From contig SMSO01000014.1 in the NCBI GenBank assembly GCA_004764695.1, positions 2,227,648 to 2,291,647 on the forward strand: a DNA stretch of 64,000 nt. Reading direction: 5' to 3'. Positions within the stretch are counted from its first letter, which is position 1; the number at the start of each line of letters is the position of its first letter. Both the position numbers and the translations under genes were made by a program. Below, piece after piece: positions 11,763 to 24,276 of the stretch. Source of the stretch: Schizochytrium sp. TIO01 (lineage: Eukaryota; Protista; Bigyra: Labyrinthulomycetes). The notes under the pieces were generated by a model. It searched no databases. It was not told where the DNA came from and worked only from the letters and a program-made list of their open reading frames with translations.

Positions 11763-14733
11763 ATGCACGGTGGCGCAAAGGGATGGGATGAAGGCAGCTC
11801 TAGATATGCGAACGCAGAACAGCATCTACATCTTCTGAACACGACCCCGACGTATGAACAAAACCCAAAGGCAAACTTTTTACCCCAAGCGCCACCAACA
11901 AACTGGAGGAAGCAAAATAAAAACAAATCACAGCGTTTTGCTCAACAAAGTATCGATCGCACAGTCACCGCCACAGCTGCAGCTGCCAACACCACCACAA
12001 CAACATACAGAGGAGGAGGAGAAGGAGAAAATAGGAGTAAGAAATCAGCAGCTAACAATATTCAGGTCCCAGCTGCAGAGCCTAGAATGGCAGTTTTGCA
12101 AGATAGTACAGTCAGAAAACAGAATCTTTATGTCTTGGACGAAGATCTAGAAGTCGAGCATTCCAGTGTAAAACAATTCCTCGAAGACGATTCGCCTTTG
12201 TTTGATGCTGGTTTTACACCATCTAGCTTTCAGTATCGTTATCAACGCAACAATAAACGAGGTGGCCTGAAGAACTTGCGATGTTTTCCGCATTGTGCTG
12301 CAGAGCATAAAGAACGTGGGTTTTGTGGACGACCTGTTATTGTTAGCCTTTCAGGAAGCGCCAAAGCAAAGTACCTTCGCAAATCTGGTGATGCATCCCT
12401 AGACAACGGAACTGCGCACCAGCATGCAATTTTATGCTGGGCACAATTCCTCCCTGCAGGTGAGACCTTTGGCTTAAATATTGGAACACAGCTTCCTCTC
12501 AGTGCTATTCTGGCATTGGAGCGTACTCGCGAAAATCCTCTTCGACCATGGATGCGTGGCAGACGCTTGGAAAAATCGGATGTTGTTGCGCAGGCAACGT
12601 TGGATGGAAGCAAAGTTGAACCAAAACAGCTCGGCGCTGACGATTATTTTGGATTTAATATGGAAAATAAAGGATGGCACTACGGTTGGGCATCAAATAA
12701 GCACAGCTGTAATGCTGAGCACTGCTTGCATGTATTTATCTTCAAACTGGTTTCACCGGCAGCAACAGCGGTAGTTGACCCAGAATCGGTGCTGTTGCTA
12801 CAAGAACGTCTACAAAAAATAAGTTCCCCTTCAGTCCATACAAATACCAAAAGAAATGGCAAAGGGGAATTGCGGAATCAAAACAGTCCTGCTGACACAC
12901 CTGACAATAATAGCTCCAGCAATGGGGCACAGGCAACTACCACTGGTACTTCCAGTACCTCTAGCACACTGATAAATCCTACAAGTCAGCCTGTACTATA
13001 CACAAACATAATTAAGACTGAAGAATTGACAACATCTACTAATACCTCTAAGCGAACGCGCAGCCGTCACAATAGCACTTCCACGTCTATTTCGCCGATC
13101 ATAAGCATCTTGGAGGAGCTTGGTATCGATGGTACTACGGACATCTCAAATGTAGTGCTAGAGTGCGTTGCAAGTGCTCAGTCCCCACAATTTCAGTTGT
13201 TCTGTCGAAGGCGACGACGCTTCTCATTGGATCGAGCACCCCCCATGCCAGAACCTTCTCTACGACCTGTTAAACTTTCTCCCGAGTCAGCACTTACGGG
13301 CAGCAGGACACCAAGTGAAGTATCGCTTGTTGCAGCACAAAATCAATCTCCTGAAGAAAATAGTACAAACGAGACTCTTCGCTTCTCAGACCAAGGTGGC
13401 ACTAGTCCAAATCTTCTCCCTAGACAGCAAGTGAATGCCCACGCCGAATTAAAAAGCAGACAGCCAGGATATTCCCAGAACGTGAACGAGCAAATTTTCA
13501 GGCACTCAAGTTCAAGTGCACCATCCTATTCAGCCACACGTCACGCGCGAGACACGGAGAATCAGAACAAAAGTGAAGATTTTCGAAAACAGCTTCAGCA
13601 AATACCAGTAGCAAGTTTAGACAACTTGCGAAAGTTAGTAGGTCAGGAAATTGAAGAGCAAATTAGCCAACTTCAAATTCTGCATCAATTAGTTTTACAG
13701 AGTCCAGATATCCAAAGTCCTACACAAGCGCACAGGGCGTTGCAGGATCTTTCTAAAAGTGAAACTGGCAATCCAATGTGGGATCAACTTCATAAGTTGA
13801 GCGAAGATCAGCTTCGTCTGGTCCTTGCCCAATGCATTCTGAATGCAACAGCATCTTGGCCAGCGTCTAGCAATGCCTCTACAATGCCTACTGTTATAGC
13901 GCCTGGAGATAAACTCAACCAATTACGTCAGTCTACAGCAAACTCAAGTGTCACGGGATCATCTGCATTAGACGAAGCTGCCTTGCCTTCAGTGAGTTTG
14001 GGTGATCCAAAGCGAAAACGGGACGACACTAAATCACGTGCTCATGCCCAAGTGATGAAACAACAGCATGGTATTGAATCACCATCTACTTCTCAAAATC
14101 AACTTTACAGCGAACTACTTGCGCGTTTGCAGCAACCAGACCCGCTATCCTTGTTTTCGTCTTTACACGAAGCACCAGCAAGCCTTCTGCGTTTAACAGC
14201 AGCAGTTGGTGATGCAAGTGAAGTATTGTCCCGATGGACATCAATAAATCCTAGATCGTCCATCAGCAATTCTATTGAAGAGCCCCAATCTTTTACTTCC
14301 GCAAGGAGTCTGTCAGAAGGTGGCAACGATAGTCTTGGTTATGCTGTGCTTCAAGGGCTTCCTGGTGGTCAAGGAGCATCATCGAACAGTCACAGGGGGG
14401 CACAACAGTGTTCTTTGCGCAATATTGATAACTCTAAAACCTTGAATATCAACCAGACAGCACGTGGGGGGCTTGAAACTGGCGATGATGTTTTGAGAAA
14501 AACTAGCTTGGATGACAACAACGAAGATGATGAAAATTCCAGCAAGGATTCAACGTCTTCTCCTGTAAATAAACGTGTTCATCGGGGAACATTTGACGAG
14601 ACGGTTGAATCCTCAGGTTCGAACCAACCTGGTAGTGAGATGGACGGGGAGAATGACTCAAATTGGGACGATGGTAATGATAGGACCGCAGACCCGTCTT
14701 CAGATCTCTTGAGATTCGCCAATCAAGAAAAAA

Positions 14734-14768
<35 letters not shown>

Positions 14769-14813
14769 CCTATCGGCCTCTTACTTCGAATTAGTGGTCA
14801 AGTGCGACGATAA
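11763..14813 (+). CDS. Large low-complexity protein with an uncharacterised N-terminal globular domain (YQRNNKRGGLKNLRCFPHC...WHYGW...SPQFQLFCRRRRR); putative transcription factor
   Basis: ORF of about 1000 codons. First ATG at 11763, alternative at 12087. Ordered domain at ~12220-13220, followed by S/Q/N-rich and acidic regions. Coding status is strong; function is inference. Confidence 0.85.
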
Positions 14814-15230
14814 CGCTGGTACCGCACCTTGTATTTCCCCGAAGTTACTGTGGTTTCATAAAAGAAAAGAAATATGACCAAGCTAGAATGAAGTAAGAGT
14901 GAAGCGCATCCACGGAGGAACAGAATTGACTAGAGATATAATATTATTATTCGAAAAAGATATTTGATGGGGAGGAGCAGATGTGTAGTACTACGCCTGA
15001 TGTTGTTGTGGTCCACCCTACTTGTTCTAAATAAAGCATGCGTTCTTATTTCATATATAATATATTACAGCTTGTGCATGCCAGGAAAGAAAAGTCTGCT
15101 TCAAGCGAAGAACTTGATTAAAGTTTGTATCGGGCAGATGATGTTTTACTTGTGTTCAAGAGGAATGCCTAAACTGCGCATTCATATTTGCGTTACATGT
15201 CCTTTCAATATATGCATCAGTGTAACCAAA

Positions 15231-16580
15231 TTAGACTTGGCTTACGGTATTGATTGTTGGAAGTTCGATCCCGTGGTTAGCAGAGCTGGTCTTATTTCGC
15301 AACAATCTAGTATGATCCTCGAAGCCACTTGAATTAGCAGCGTAATGCGCAGCTCTCGACTGAGTAGTAAGAAGAAAGAGGCCGCCTGACGCCAAACAAA
15401 TGATCGAAGTAATGGCCATTCCAACGAAAGCAGGCCCGTATGACATTGGAGGTTGCTGGACAGCGATTACACCCACAGCATCAGTGTAAATATCTACATA
15501 TCGCATAGGAAGGAAGCCAGATCCATCCCGCAAATCCTTGTACCACGGAAAATTGACTGCAAGCGCAACAGAAGCAATAGCTAGCCCGCTTGCTATGACG
15601 GAAAATACACCAGCCGTGCGCATGGCCCACACTCCAGAAGATGGAGTTGCACAAGAAAAGCAGGTTGCTCCGAGAGCAGCAATGGTGGCACATGTAGAAC
15701 ACACCTGTATAATGATAACAGTTGCAGGCGTAGAGAAGTGTCCATCAACCTCGTCACAGAATCCATACCTTTCGGCCCAATCAGAATACATAGATCCTGA
15801 GTAATAGTCGCCACTTATAAGAATGGTCTTATTGGAGCAATAACCCTCAAAATCGGGCAATGTATTCCAGTAAGTCCATTGCCTGACAAAGGACTTGTTG
15901 TTTGCGAATCGCCCCGACAATGTCTGAGCAGCTACAGCGTAGCCTCCCGTGCTTGTCGTAATTTTAGAGTAAATTCCTACTTGTCCAATTTGCCAAATCC
16001 AATATGGGCTTATAGAGCCTGCGCAGCGATTGTACAATGATATCAGCAATAGAACACATCAACTAAATGGGTTAGCCAAACCGGATCACAGAAAAGCCTT
16101 CCGGTGCCAGACCAGGCGAAAGTGCTGAAGGTAACCTAGTTCGACAAATGGAGTAAATTTGCAAACTAGAGAAGCCAACATACGGTCAGGGAGAGTGAAT
16201 GTATTAGCAAACTTACAGAATAGTGCGGCCAAGAAGGCTAACAGTGTACAACAACCTCCACAACAGAGCGCCGGGTCTGTATCTTCGCCATCTCGCAGCC
16301 AAGCGTCAAGCTCTGCATCATCCCAGTCCTCATTTGAGTTTCTCCTTGTGCGACGGAGGGGCCTATGATCATCATGGTCGTGGTCGTGGTCATGATCCCG
16401 AAAGTCTGGCCTGTGAAGGGCGCTCGAAGCAGCTGATGCGAGAGTAATCTCTCCCTCTTCGCTATTCATTCCGCGATCTTGCATCAGGGTCACTCCATCA
16501 TGGGTTTTGTTCTCTTCATCAGCAAAATTTCTTCGTAGTGCCACTGCGGGCTTGATTGCCTCACTCAGCCGATCTCTCAT
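15231..16580 (-). CDS. Claudin/PMP22-like four-transmembrane protein, two exons (16580..16217 and 16018..15231)
   Basis: Two track ORFs join in frame across a GT-AG intron, giving ...LLAFLAALFC|SISPYW (TM1 followed by W). Three more hydrophobic helices follow, with SYGPAF before TM4. Start ATG uncertain (16580 or a later Met). Confidence 0.75.
16019..16216 (-). other. Spliceosomal intron (198 nt, phase 1)
   Basis: Minus-strand donor GTAAGT at 16216, branch-like GCTAAC at ~16071-16076, acceptor GCGCAG ending at 16019. Removal restores the frame (T|GC = Cys). Confidence 0.75.
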
Positions 16581-17240
16581 TTGCGCCAAACTGAGCAAGG
16601 GACCACCGTTCCTCCCCGTTAATATGAGTTCAAGTTTTCGCCGCAACTTCGTTCTGCAATTCCCAAGCAAATCAACAAATCGCAATTTGAAACTCAATAG
16701 TTCAACCAGTATTTGGCCGTCACAACCCGGTGCCGATCTGGCCCACCAGAAGTCCCAAGATCTACGCAAAGTCCCAAGTGCAAGGTCTTCAGCAGAGTTT
16801 GGCCTCGTGAGGTCCTTCTTTTTCGTAGTCTTGGTCTGCTTTACTAATCCAAGTGAGCTGTTCGCCACTCAGATCTTCGTCCGCACCTTCTTGCGCTCGT
16901 TTATCGAGCCCTGTCTTCACAGCCGAGTCTTGCCGCAACGCCTTCTCTCGCGGCGTCGCGGCGTCGGCGAGGAGTGGGGTTGTCGTCTCGTCTCACGCCG
17001 CCGACGGAGACGGTGAGGACGAAGACGAGGACGAGCCCGATGTGACTTTGTGCACTGCGAGCGGCGGTGCTCCACGCGCAAGCGATGAGCACGAGACCTT
17101 GCGGCGATAGGCGTCTGCCGAAGCGAGCGGGCTCGCCAGGCCCGAATTCGGCAGGTCGCGTGGCGTTTTCAGCCCGCGGCGGCTTGCTGTGCGCCGGCGG
17201 GAAGCTGCGAGAGGGAAAGAGGAGACGGTCAAATGCGACG

Positions 17241-17315
17241 ATTCATTCATTCATTCATTCATTCATTCATTCATTCATTCATTCATTCATTCATTCATTC
17301 ATTCATTCATTCATT
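17241..17315. repeat. (ATTC)n microsatellite, ~18 units
   Basis: Perfect tandem ATTC, read directly. Confidence 0.98.
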
Positions 17316-19784
17316 GCGCACGAACACATTTCCAATGCATTCCACATTTCACAAATCGACGGGTGAGTTCTTTCGCTCGACTCCGGCTCCACTCCCGTCT
17401 CGCTGGTCCCTACGGGCCTTGGCTTGGGTTCCGTTGCTGCCGTGAGAGAGAGAGAGAGAGAGAGAGAAAGATCCTGTCGAGGTGATGGATTGTGGCAGCT
17501 TCCTCGGTATCATGGTAGTACTGCCATGGCTGCGAGCAGCTTCGTCATATTTAGTTTCTTTTATTTGTTCTCTCTGGTTTTATATTTTGTTTGGATTGGT
17601 TTGACAAGGTGCCCAAGGCTGCAGAGATTGCTTGCCTCTACGAGTTCAAGAGGCTCGCAGAATCGTCAACGAGGGACTTGCAAACACGGGATTTGACCCC
17701 GAATGTGCATCCGATGAAGCATGTGATGCATCTTTGTTCTTACTAGTCCAGAGCTTTTTCTACTTCTGTTCCATTGCTGTCGTTATTACTGCTTTTCATA
17801 GTTTCTTTCTTTCTTTTGTTTTTCAATTCAATTCAATTAATTTAATTTAAAAGTAATGTAATCAATATGAATTATTTGGATAATAACATGCAGTAAAGTA
17901 GGGAACTAAAAAAAAAGCTTTACTTTCGTGATGTTAGCTTGTCGTTTGAACTATGTTTCAATTCGCTCGCGTATGTAACGACGCGGGCTGTCCTAGTTGA
18001 GGAAGAAATGACGTCTTTGTGATGCGCTGCATACCTTAATACTATATTCTAAACCCACGGAGCTTAAAATCCCCACATTTCGAGCTTGTTATTAATGAAA
18101 GTATTACTTTAAAAAACAAAAACAAAAAAAACAGTTCTTTAAAAAGTTAATTATTATATATTTATACTCCCTGTAAAGATTTAACCCTACCAAAGAAAGT
18201 AGTGCTAAGACAATAATAGATAGAGAAAGAAAGAGAAAAAGTTGGTAGACATAGATTTAAAGGACTGGAAATTGGCGGATGCCTAGGACGAGCTAACTTT
18301 ATTTATTTATTTTTTGTAAATAATTTGGGGGGAGGGGGTGCTGGGTAGGGGTTAACCGTTCATGATGGTCTCAGCAGGCACGGGCTCTTCAAGTTCTTAG
18401 AATATCCCACTTAATCGCAAGTTGTTTTCCCTATCAAATTGCAATTCAATTTCTGGTTTACATCAATGCAAAATCCACGTGAGTACTTGAGTTTATGTCC
18501 TGGATATTTGCAGTATTGTCTCCACGAAACGAAATAGCTCGTGAGAGAAAGATTCAATCTCGTCTTAAGAATGCATACAAACTGAAATTAACCAGCTATC
18601 GAAAGCTCTTCTCAACATAACTATTCAATCAAACACCAACAGTAACAAATCTTTAGATACTGGAAGTCATAAAGATGGCGAAACGTTTTCCAGCGTTTTG
18701 TGCTGCTGCTTGCTGTCCTTTGATTTGTTGTCATAAAATGGCTAACTCAAAGCTGTTGTTAGTTTCCTCAATCTTCAATCTTCAATCTTCAATTTTCCAT
18801 GCATATCATGATGCGGTTCATGTGTACATATTAAAAGTTCACTGACTCCTATCATCTGGAAGTTAGCAGAAAGGAAACTCTTTAAGCTTTGTAGTTTTCT
18901 TATCATAATTATTATTGGAGAAAATCAGAACAGGAAAGAAAGAAAGAAGAGTTTAGTTTCTATAAAAATGTTTTTCTACATAAAAGATCAATCGAGATGC
19001 AAATTGAAAATTTGGGTTTCTCAAATTTGATTCAGATGTTCTCAAGCTTCAAATTCCCGTAATCCCAATTTTCTTCAAAGGATTAGTTCCAAGGCTTCGA
19101 AACGATGGTCTCAGGCGCCATGCTATCTTTACCAAGTATAAATCCTGCGCCCGTTCTCTGTTCGCGGGCTCCTTCAAAGCCAGGTTTTGAAGCCAGGCTT
19201 GAGGTCTAGGTATTTTATAGAAAATACTTTGTAGGAAATACTACTACGTCTTAGATACCACTTCCTCTTATTTTTCATCTTCTCCAAACAAATTTCTAGC
19301 TGGATAGGTAGGTAGGTAAATACTAGTACTACCATAGACTACTAAGATTAGGGCGGTAGTTAATCAACTTTTGCAATTTAAAAAGACAGGCATCAGTAGA
19401 ACCATATAGTATTAAAGAGAGAAAATAAACATGCTGTGCCCAAGAAGTTTGCGGGCTATGAATTGCGATTCATCAGCAATGATCACAGACCTCGAAAGGT
19501 GCTCGCTGGTCCTAGTGCCGAGGCATTAAAGGCATCGGGTCGGGGTCATTCTAAGACCCAAGCTTGGAGGTCCGGCCTGACACTGGTCCCTGACTTGATA
19601 GAACAAACCTCTCACGACCGGATTTCATCCGCATCTCTGACACCACGTGATACAATCGAGACTGAGAGAACCTGCTCGAAAAGGCAGACCGGATCCCGGA
19701 AGGCTGAAAGATTATCATATCAAAGGCAAAAGTTGTTGGAGCTAACAAAGAGGATAAACTTGTTGAATTTAGGCAACAAAGATC

Positions 19785-21812
19785 ATGAGCGCAGCAAGCA
19801 AAGTGGCGACCAAGGGCTCCGGAGTCTGGCAAGACTTTGCGACAACAGTATGGCGATCTGCGCATGGTAAGGTCCTCCTCTCGGCATGGGGAGCGTATTT
19901 TGTGTGGCTCTTGAGCCTGAGGCGTAAGCGTGAAGGCTTAAAAAGCACCAAGAAGGCAAAGAAGATTGATGCTGCGAATGATTTGGAGGCAGCAGAAGCA
20001 AAACAAACTGGAGCAGCCGCTACAAAATCAAAATCAAACAAAAAGGTGGCTCTAGATGAACTTATAAAGATCATCAAAGTTCATGCATGGTCCCGCCAAG
20101 GCCTCGAATTTATGCTTTATATCCTCACCCTCTGCACGCGTGTGTTCATCACTGTAAAGCTTAGCGACCTGTCAGGCCACTGTGCCGGATTGATGGGAGC
20201 TAGGAAGTACAAGGGGCTGTTTCGTGCCCAGGCTATGTTTGGCCTTGTTTGTATGGTGGCAGCTGCTACTACAGCCTCCATGAAGTTCCTTGAGAAACGT
20301 GTCGCCTTCAATGTTCGCTCAATTATTTTTGAGCACTTGAAGAGCCGGTACTTAGATCCTGAAAGACTTCGGTTCTATCATGGAGACCTCGCTGATGCTT
20401 CTGCACGACTTACTACAGACCTCGATGATTTTGCTACGTCACTAGTACACGGCGTGGGGCATTTTGTCAAGCCTCTGATTGACATCGTACATCTTTCTGC
20501 AGTCATGGGCTCTCGCCTTGGTCTGGGCAACCTCAGTGTCTTTTACATGTACTTTTGGTTCTCGAACTGGAGCTTGACGCGTGTACGCTCACGTGCCTTA
20601 CCAAAGCCCCTGAAGCAATGCGCTGTCGACAGAAATCGGCTTGAAAGCGAATTAAGGTCTTCTTTACAAGGCATCCACAATTTTCGTGAACAGATTGCTA
20701 TGCAAGGGGGTACTGCACACGAAAAGGCAAGCGTTGAACAACAGTACAAGTACGTGAAGGAGGAAATCGATCGTGAAAACAACCAGTATGCCATGCTTGA
20801 TTGGTTGTCGTCGTACACACTCAAATACGGTGGTATGATGGTTGCCTTTTCGATTATTACACCGAAGGGATACTATGACCACTCCATGTCCGCACAGGAT
20901 CTCACTGAATACTTTTTCTCTAACACTGGACTGCTAGGGGCTCTTGCTTCTGCAGTAAAGGACCTTGCTGACAGCACTCACCAGATCCCACGTATTCGCG
21001 GCCTGGCAGAACGGGTGTATGAGCTCGAAGCGAACATGATTCAGGTCGATCGAAGTGGCCGCGGAGTTCCGGATTCAGGCAACCATGTACACCAGAGCTC
21101 TGAAGTCGATCATGTACACATTTCAAGGACTGTTGTCAAGCCCCCGGTGCCGCTTTGGCACTTTAGCGAAGACCACCTCGACAGAGATGAAGCTGTAGAA
21201 ATCCTGCCCGCGCCAGTGCTGATTGATAACCTGGAGCTCGATGTTTGTCCGGGTCAGCATACTGTTATTCGTGGCGCGAATGGTTTAGGTAAGTCAAGTC
21301 TCTTCCGAGTGTTGACTCAACTTTGGAAGCCGCATGGAGACAATGCTGTTGTGGAGATCCCATCATCGCTGTTTGTTTTACCCCAAGAAAGTTTTTTGCC
21401 TTCTGGTGCACAGCTTCGCGAACTGCTTACATACCCGAACCCTGGCTCTGAGATTTCTGATAATAAGGCACTTGAGATTCTAAAGGTGGTAGGTCTTGAA
21501 GTCGTTAATGAGCGCTACAGCCTTGATGGGACAGCAGATTGGTCAGCTTGTTTATCGGGTGGTCAGAAGCAGCGACTGGGTTGGGCACGTCTATTTTTCC
21601 ATTGTCCGAAGTTCGCACTTTGCGATGAGGCCACCGCTGCTATTAGCAAGGATGGCATCGATGTTCTCTTCGACTATGCCCAGAATACCCTGGGCATTAC
21701 GCTTCTCACAATTTCACATTCGCCACAAGTCGATGCTCACCATACTCATGCTCTTGACTTGCTTGGAGGGGGTACTTACAAAATCACCAATCTTGTCGAT
21801 AACAGTGCATAA
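19785..21812 (+). CDS. ABC transporter subfamily D (peroxisomal acyl-CoA type) half-transporter
   Basis: N-terminal TMD with RLTTDLDDF and EAA-like REQIAMQGG. Walker A GANGLGKSSLFR, Q-loop LPQ, signature DWSACLSGGQKQRL, Walker B FALCDEATAA, H-loop TISH. Confidence 0.93.
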   Translation: MSAASKVATKGSGVWQDFATTVWRSAHGKVLLSAWGAYFVWLLSLRRKREGLKSTKKAKKIDAANDLEAAEAKQTGAAATKSKSNKKVALDELIKIIKVHAWSRQGLEFMLYILTLCTRVFITVKLSDLSGHCAGLMGARKYKGLFRAQAMFGLVCMVAAATTASMKFLEKRVAFNVRSIIFEHLKSRYLDPERLRFYHGDLADASARLTTDLDDFATSLVHGVGHFVKPLIDIVHLSAVMGSRLGLGNLSVFYMYFWFSNWSLTRVRSRALPKPLKQCAVDRNRLESELRSSLQGIHNFREQIAMQGGTAHEKASVEQQYKYVKEEIDRENNQYAMLDWLSSYTLKYGGMMVAFSIITPKGYYDHSMSAQDLTEYFFSNTGLLGALASAVKDLADSTHQIPRIRGLAERVYELEANMIQVDRSGRGVPDSGNHVHQSSEVDHVHISRTVVKPPVPLWHFSEDHLDRDEAVEILPAPVLIDNLELDVCPGQHTVIRGANGLGKSSLFRVLTQLWKPHGDNAVVEIPSSLFVLPQESFLPSGAQLRELLTYPNPGSEISDNKALEILKVVGLEVVNERYSLDGTADWSACLSGGQKQRLGWARLFFHCPKFALCDEATAAISKDGIDVLFDYAQNTLGITLLTISHSPQVDAHHTHALDLLGGGTYKITNLVDNSA

Positions 21813-23817
21813 AAGATTTGTTTATTTTCGCAACTTCTAATCGCCACATATATTTTGTTTCATTTTTGCTTCATTGTATTTACGCAGAACGGAAAACTTC
21901 AACTGCCAATCCTATTGATGTTGCATAAATAACTCTTGGAACGTAAAGTCCAATACTAAAATCTAATCTTCAACAATCTTGATTGTACTACTGCAAGCCT
22001 CAGGTCTGTAATAATACCACCTGATCTGGTTCTGCAGGCCGGCGGATGGATGGATTATTGCAATGAGTCCATTGAACTCGATGCAAAAGAGCCGCAGATA
22101 TACGTAGACGACAAGACCAAACGATATTACATTTCTCGCGTGTGCAATTCTGTTCATCAAGTTGTATAGCGCATTGCAAGCAAGCCATGCTTAAACAGGT
22201 TCATAAGCATACGCGTCTCCTATCCAGTGGCTGTTGCCAGCAGATGAAACTGCCCCACACCGGTGTCCACTAGCCTTGCCAAAGTGACAAGAAGCCTTGG
22301 AGCGAACTCTAGAGGCGAGGCGTCTATCTATCTACCGGATACGCAAAATTGAAGATCAACTATTCAGTCGCACACGCCTTATCTACCCCCCCACAACCCC
22401 TTTGTACCTCGTCTTCACTGCCCCATACTTGTCTCTGCAGGTGCACGCAGGAACTAAAGCCTTTCCCGGTCGAAGAAATATCATAGATTTGCTAGCCCCC
22501 ATCCTATCGCAAACACTAGCAGTGGATCTAACAGCCCAAACAAACAAACCTCAGTCAGACTTACTTACTTAGTAGTTACTTACTCACTAAGTAACATCAA
22601 GAATAACAACTCTCACTCAATGCACGGATCCTTCAGCGCTTGCAGGTCTCGCCCGGCGTTCGGAAAGCAAGCAGGTCTGCACCTGCGCTGCAAAGCTCGA
22701 TCTTTGCCCAGACGAGGCACCCCGCCTTGCGTCGCTCGCAAGATCTCCGCCGCGCAGCAGTCGATCGGCCAGCCGGTCGATCAGCCAGCAGCAAGTAATA
22801 CAATACTGCCTATCGTGCAAGCATTGATTGATTGACTGACTGATTGCAAGGATCGCAAGACTCCATTCATTCACTCATTCCTGCATTCACCGGTCGAGAA
22901 CTATCTTTTCGAGGCCTCCGCTTTCGGGTCCACCTTCCCGAGCGGCGCCCGGGTCTCCTCGCCAGGTTCCCGCCTCGAGCTATCGTCGCCGCAATTGCAG
23001 ACTGCTCGATCGATCAATCACCAATACATCAATCAATCTCAATCAATCTCAATCAATCTCAATCAATCGATCGATCAATCGATCAATCTATCAAACAAAA
23101 AGCGCCTCTTAATCTAAACTGCGCAACCCATTTTGCTCCGGCCCTCTACGCAGGTGTCCCTTCCTTCCTTTCTCTACTTCGCTGCCTCCACTTCGCTGCC
23201 TCCACCCTCGAGCTTCGCTTCTTCGCGGCGGCCTCCGCTGCTCCTCCTGCCTGCGCAGCCCAGGCCGAGTGCTCCCCGCCTCGCTGCCTCCGCCCTCGCC
23301 GTGGCCGTGGCCCGCCTGGCGCCCGGGCTCCGCTCGAGGTCTGTCTGCAAGAAATATCTTCGATTTCTCTGGAGATCATCGTTGCTTTCTGGGGATCCTG
23401 CTAGCGTCCGGCTAGGGGTAACTGTAGCAGTGGCCGCGGGGCACGCCGCCTTGGAGGAGGACTTGGCGCGCTTCTTCCACGGCGCCGCCCTCGACTTCGA
23501 TGGGCCGCAGACGCCGTTCGCGCCGCAGCTCGCGCAGAAGCTCCAGCAGCGGCACCTCCGCGTCGTCGTGCAGCACGTCCTTCGGCCCGGGCTCGGCGCC
23601 GTACAAGCAGCCGCCGCAGCATCAGGGCCCCCCCGGCTCCGGCTCCTCCAAGGGCATCGTCCCTGACTCCGCTCTCGCGGCCTGGGCCCTGAGCCGAGGG
23701 CTGGAGCGAGGAAGGCGCCGCGGCAGCGCCTCTGGACGCTACGTGAACCGCTGCTGCCGCCTCCGCCGCGCGCGGCTGCCGCCGTGGTGGCCGCCCCCGT
23801 CGGCCTCGGCCTGCTTG

Positions 23818-23964
23818 GAAAACCGCGGCAAGAGCGCCAACGGCCACGCGCAGGGCGGCGCCGAAAACCGCGGCAAGAACGCCAACGCGCACGCGCAAAA
23901 CGGCGGCGGGAGACGGCCGAAGAACGGCAATAACCGCGGCGAGAACCGCGGCGAGAACCGCGGC
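23818..23964 (+). repeat. Imperfect 45-bp tandem duplication followed by a 12-bp (AACCGCGGCGAG) x3 repeat
   Basis: Units start at 23818 and 23863 (GAAAACCGCGGCAAGA...). The 12-mer array lies at 23932-23964. Confidence 0.85.
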
Positions 23965-24276
23965 GGCGACGGCGGCAGTTCGCGCGAGAGGAGCAGGAAG
24001 GAGGAGGAGGAGAATAAGAATAGGAATAAGAGGGCTGAGGAGGAGAAGGAGGAGGAGCGATTGAAGGAGAAGAAGGAGAAGAAGAAGAAGAAGAAGAAGA
24101 AGAAGTCGAAATCGAAGGCGGATAATAGGCCTGAGAAGGAGGAGGCCGAGAGAGGGACTGGGAAAGCGGCGGAAGCAGAGCGGATTGGCGGGGAGGAGGA
24201 GCAGAAGGAGGAGCGGCGGGAGGCAGCTTCGAGCGAAGGCGGCTTCTCGGGCGGGCCTGTGGCTGTGCGGCTTAGC

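Noticed and set aside
23412-23657. Minus-strand frame MPLEEPEPGGP*CCGGCLYGAEP... with an in-frame TGA next to Cys residues (possible selenoprotein)
   Set aside because: It lies in very GC-rich DNA antisense to the sirtuin 5' region and matches no known selenoprotein family. The downstream AUGA-containing hairpin (~23340-23380) has its AA paired and the GA quartet out of register, so it is not a convincing SECIS.
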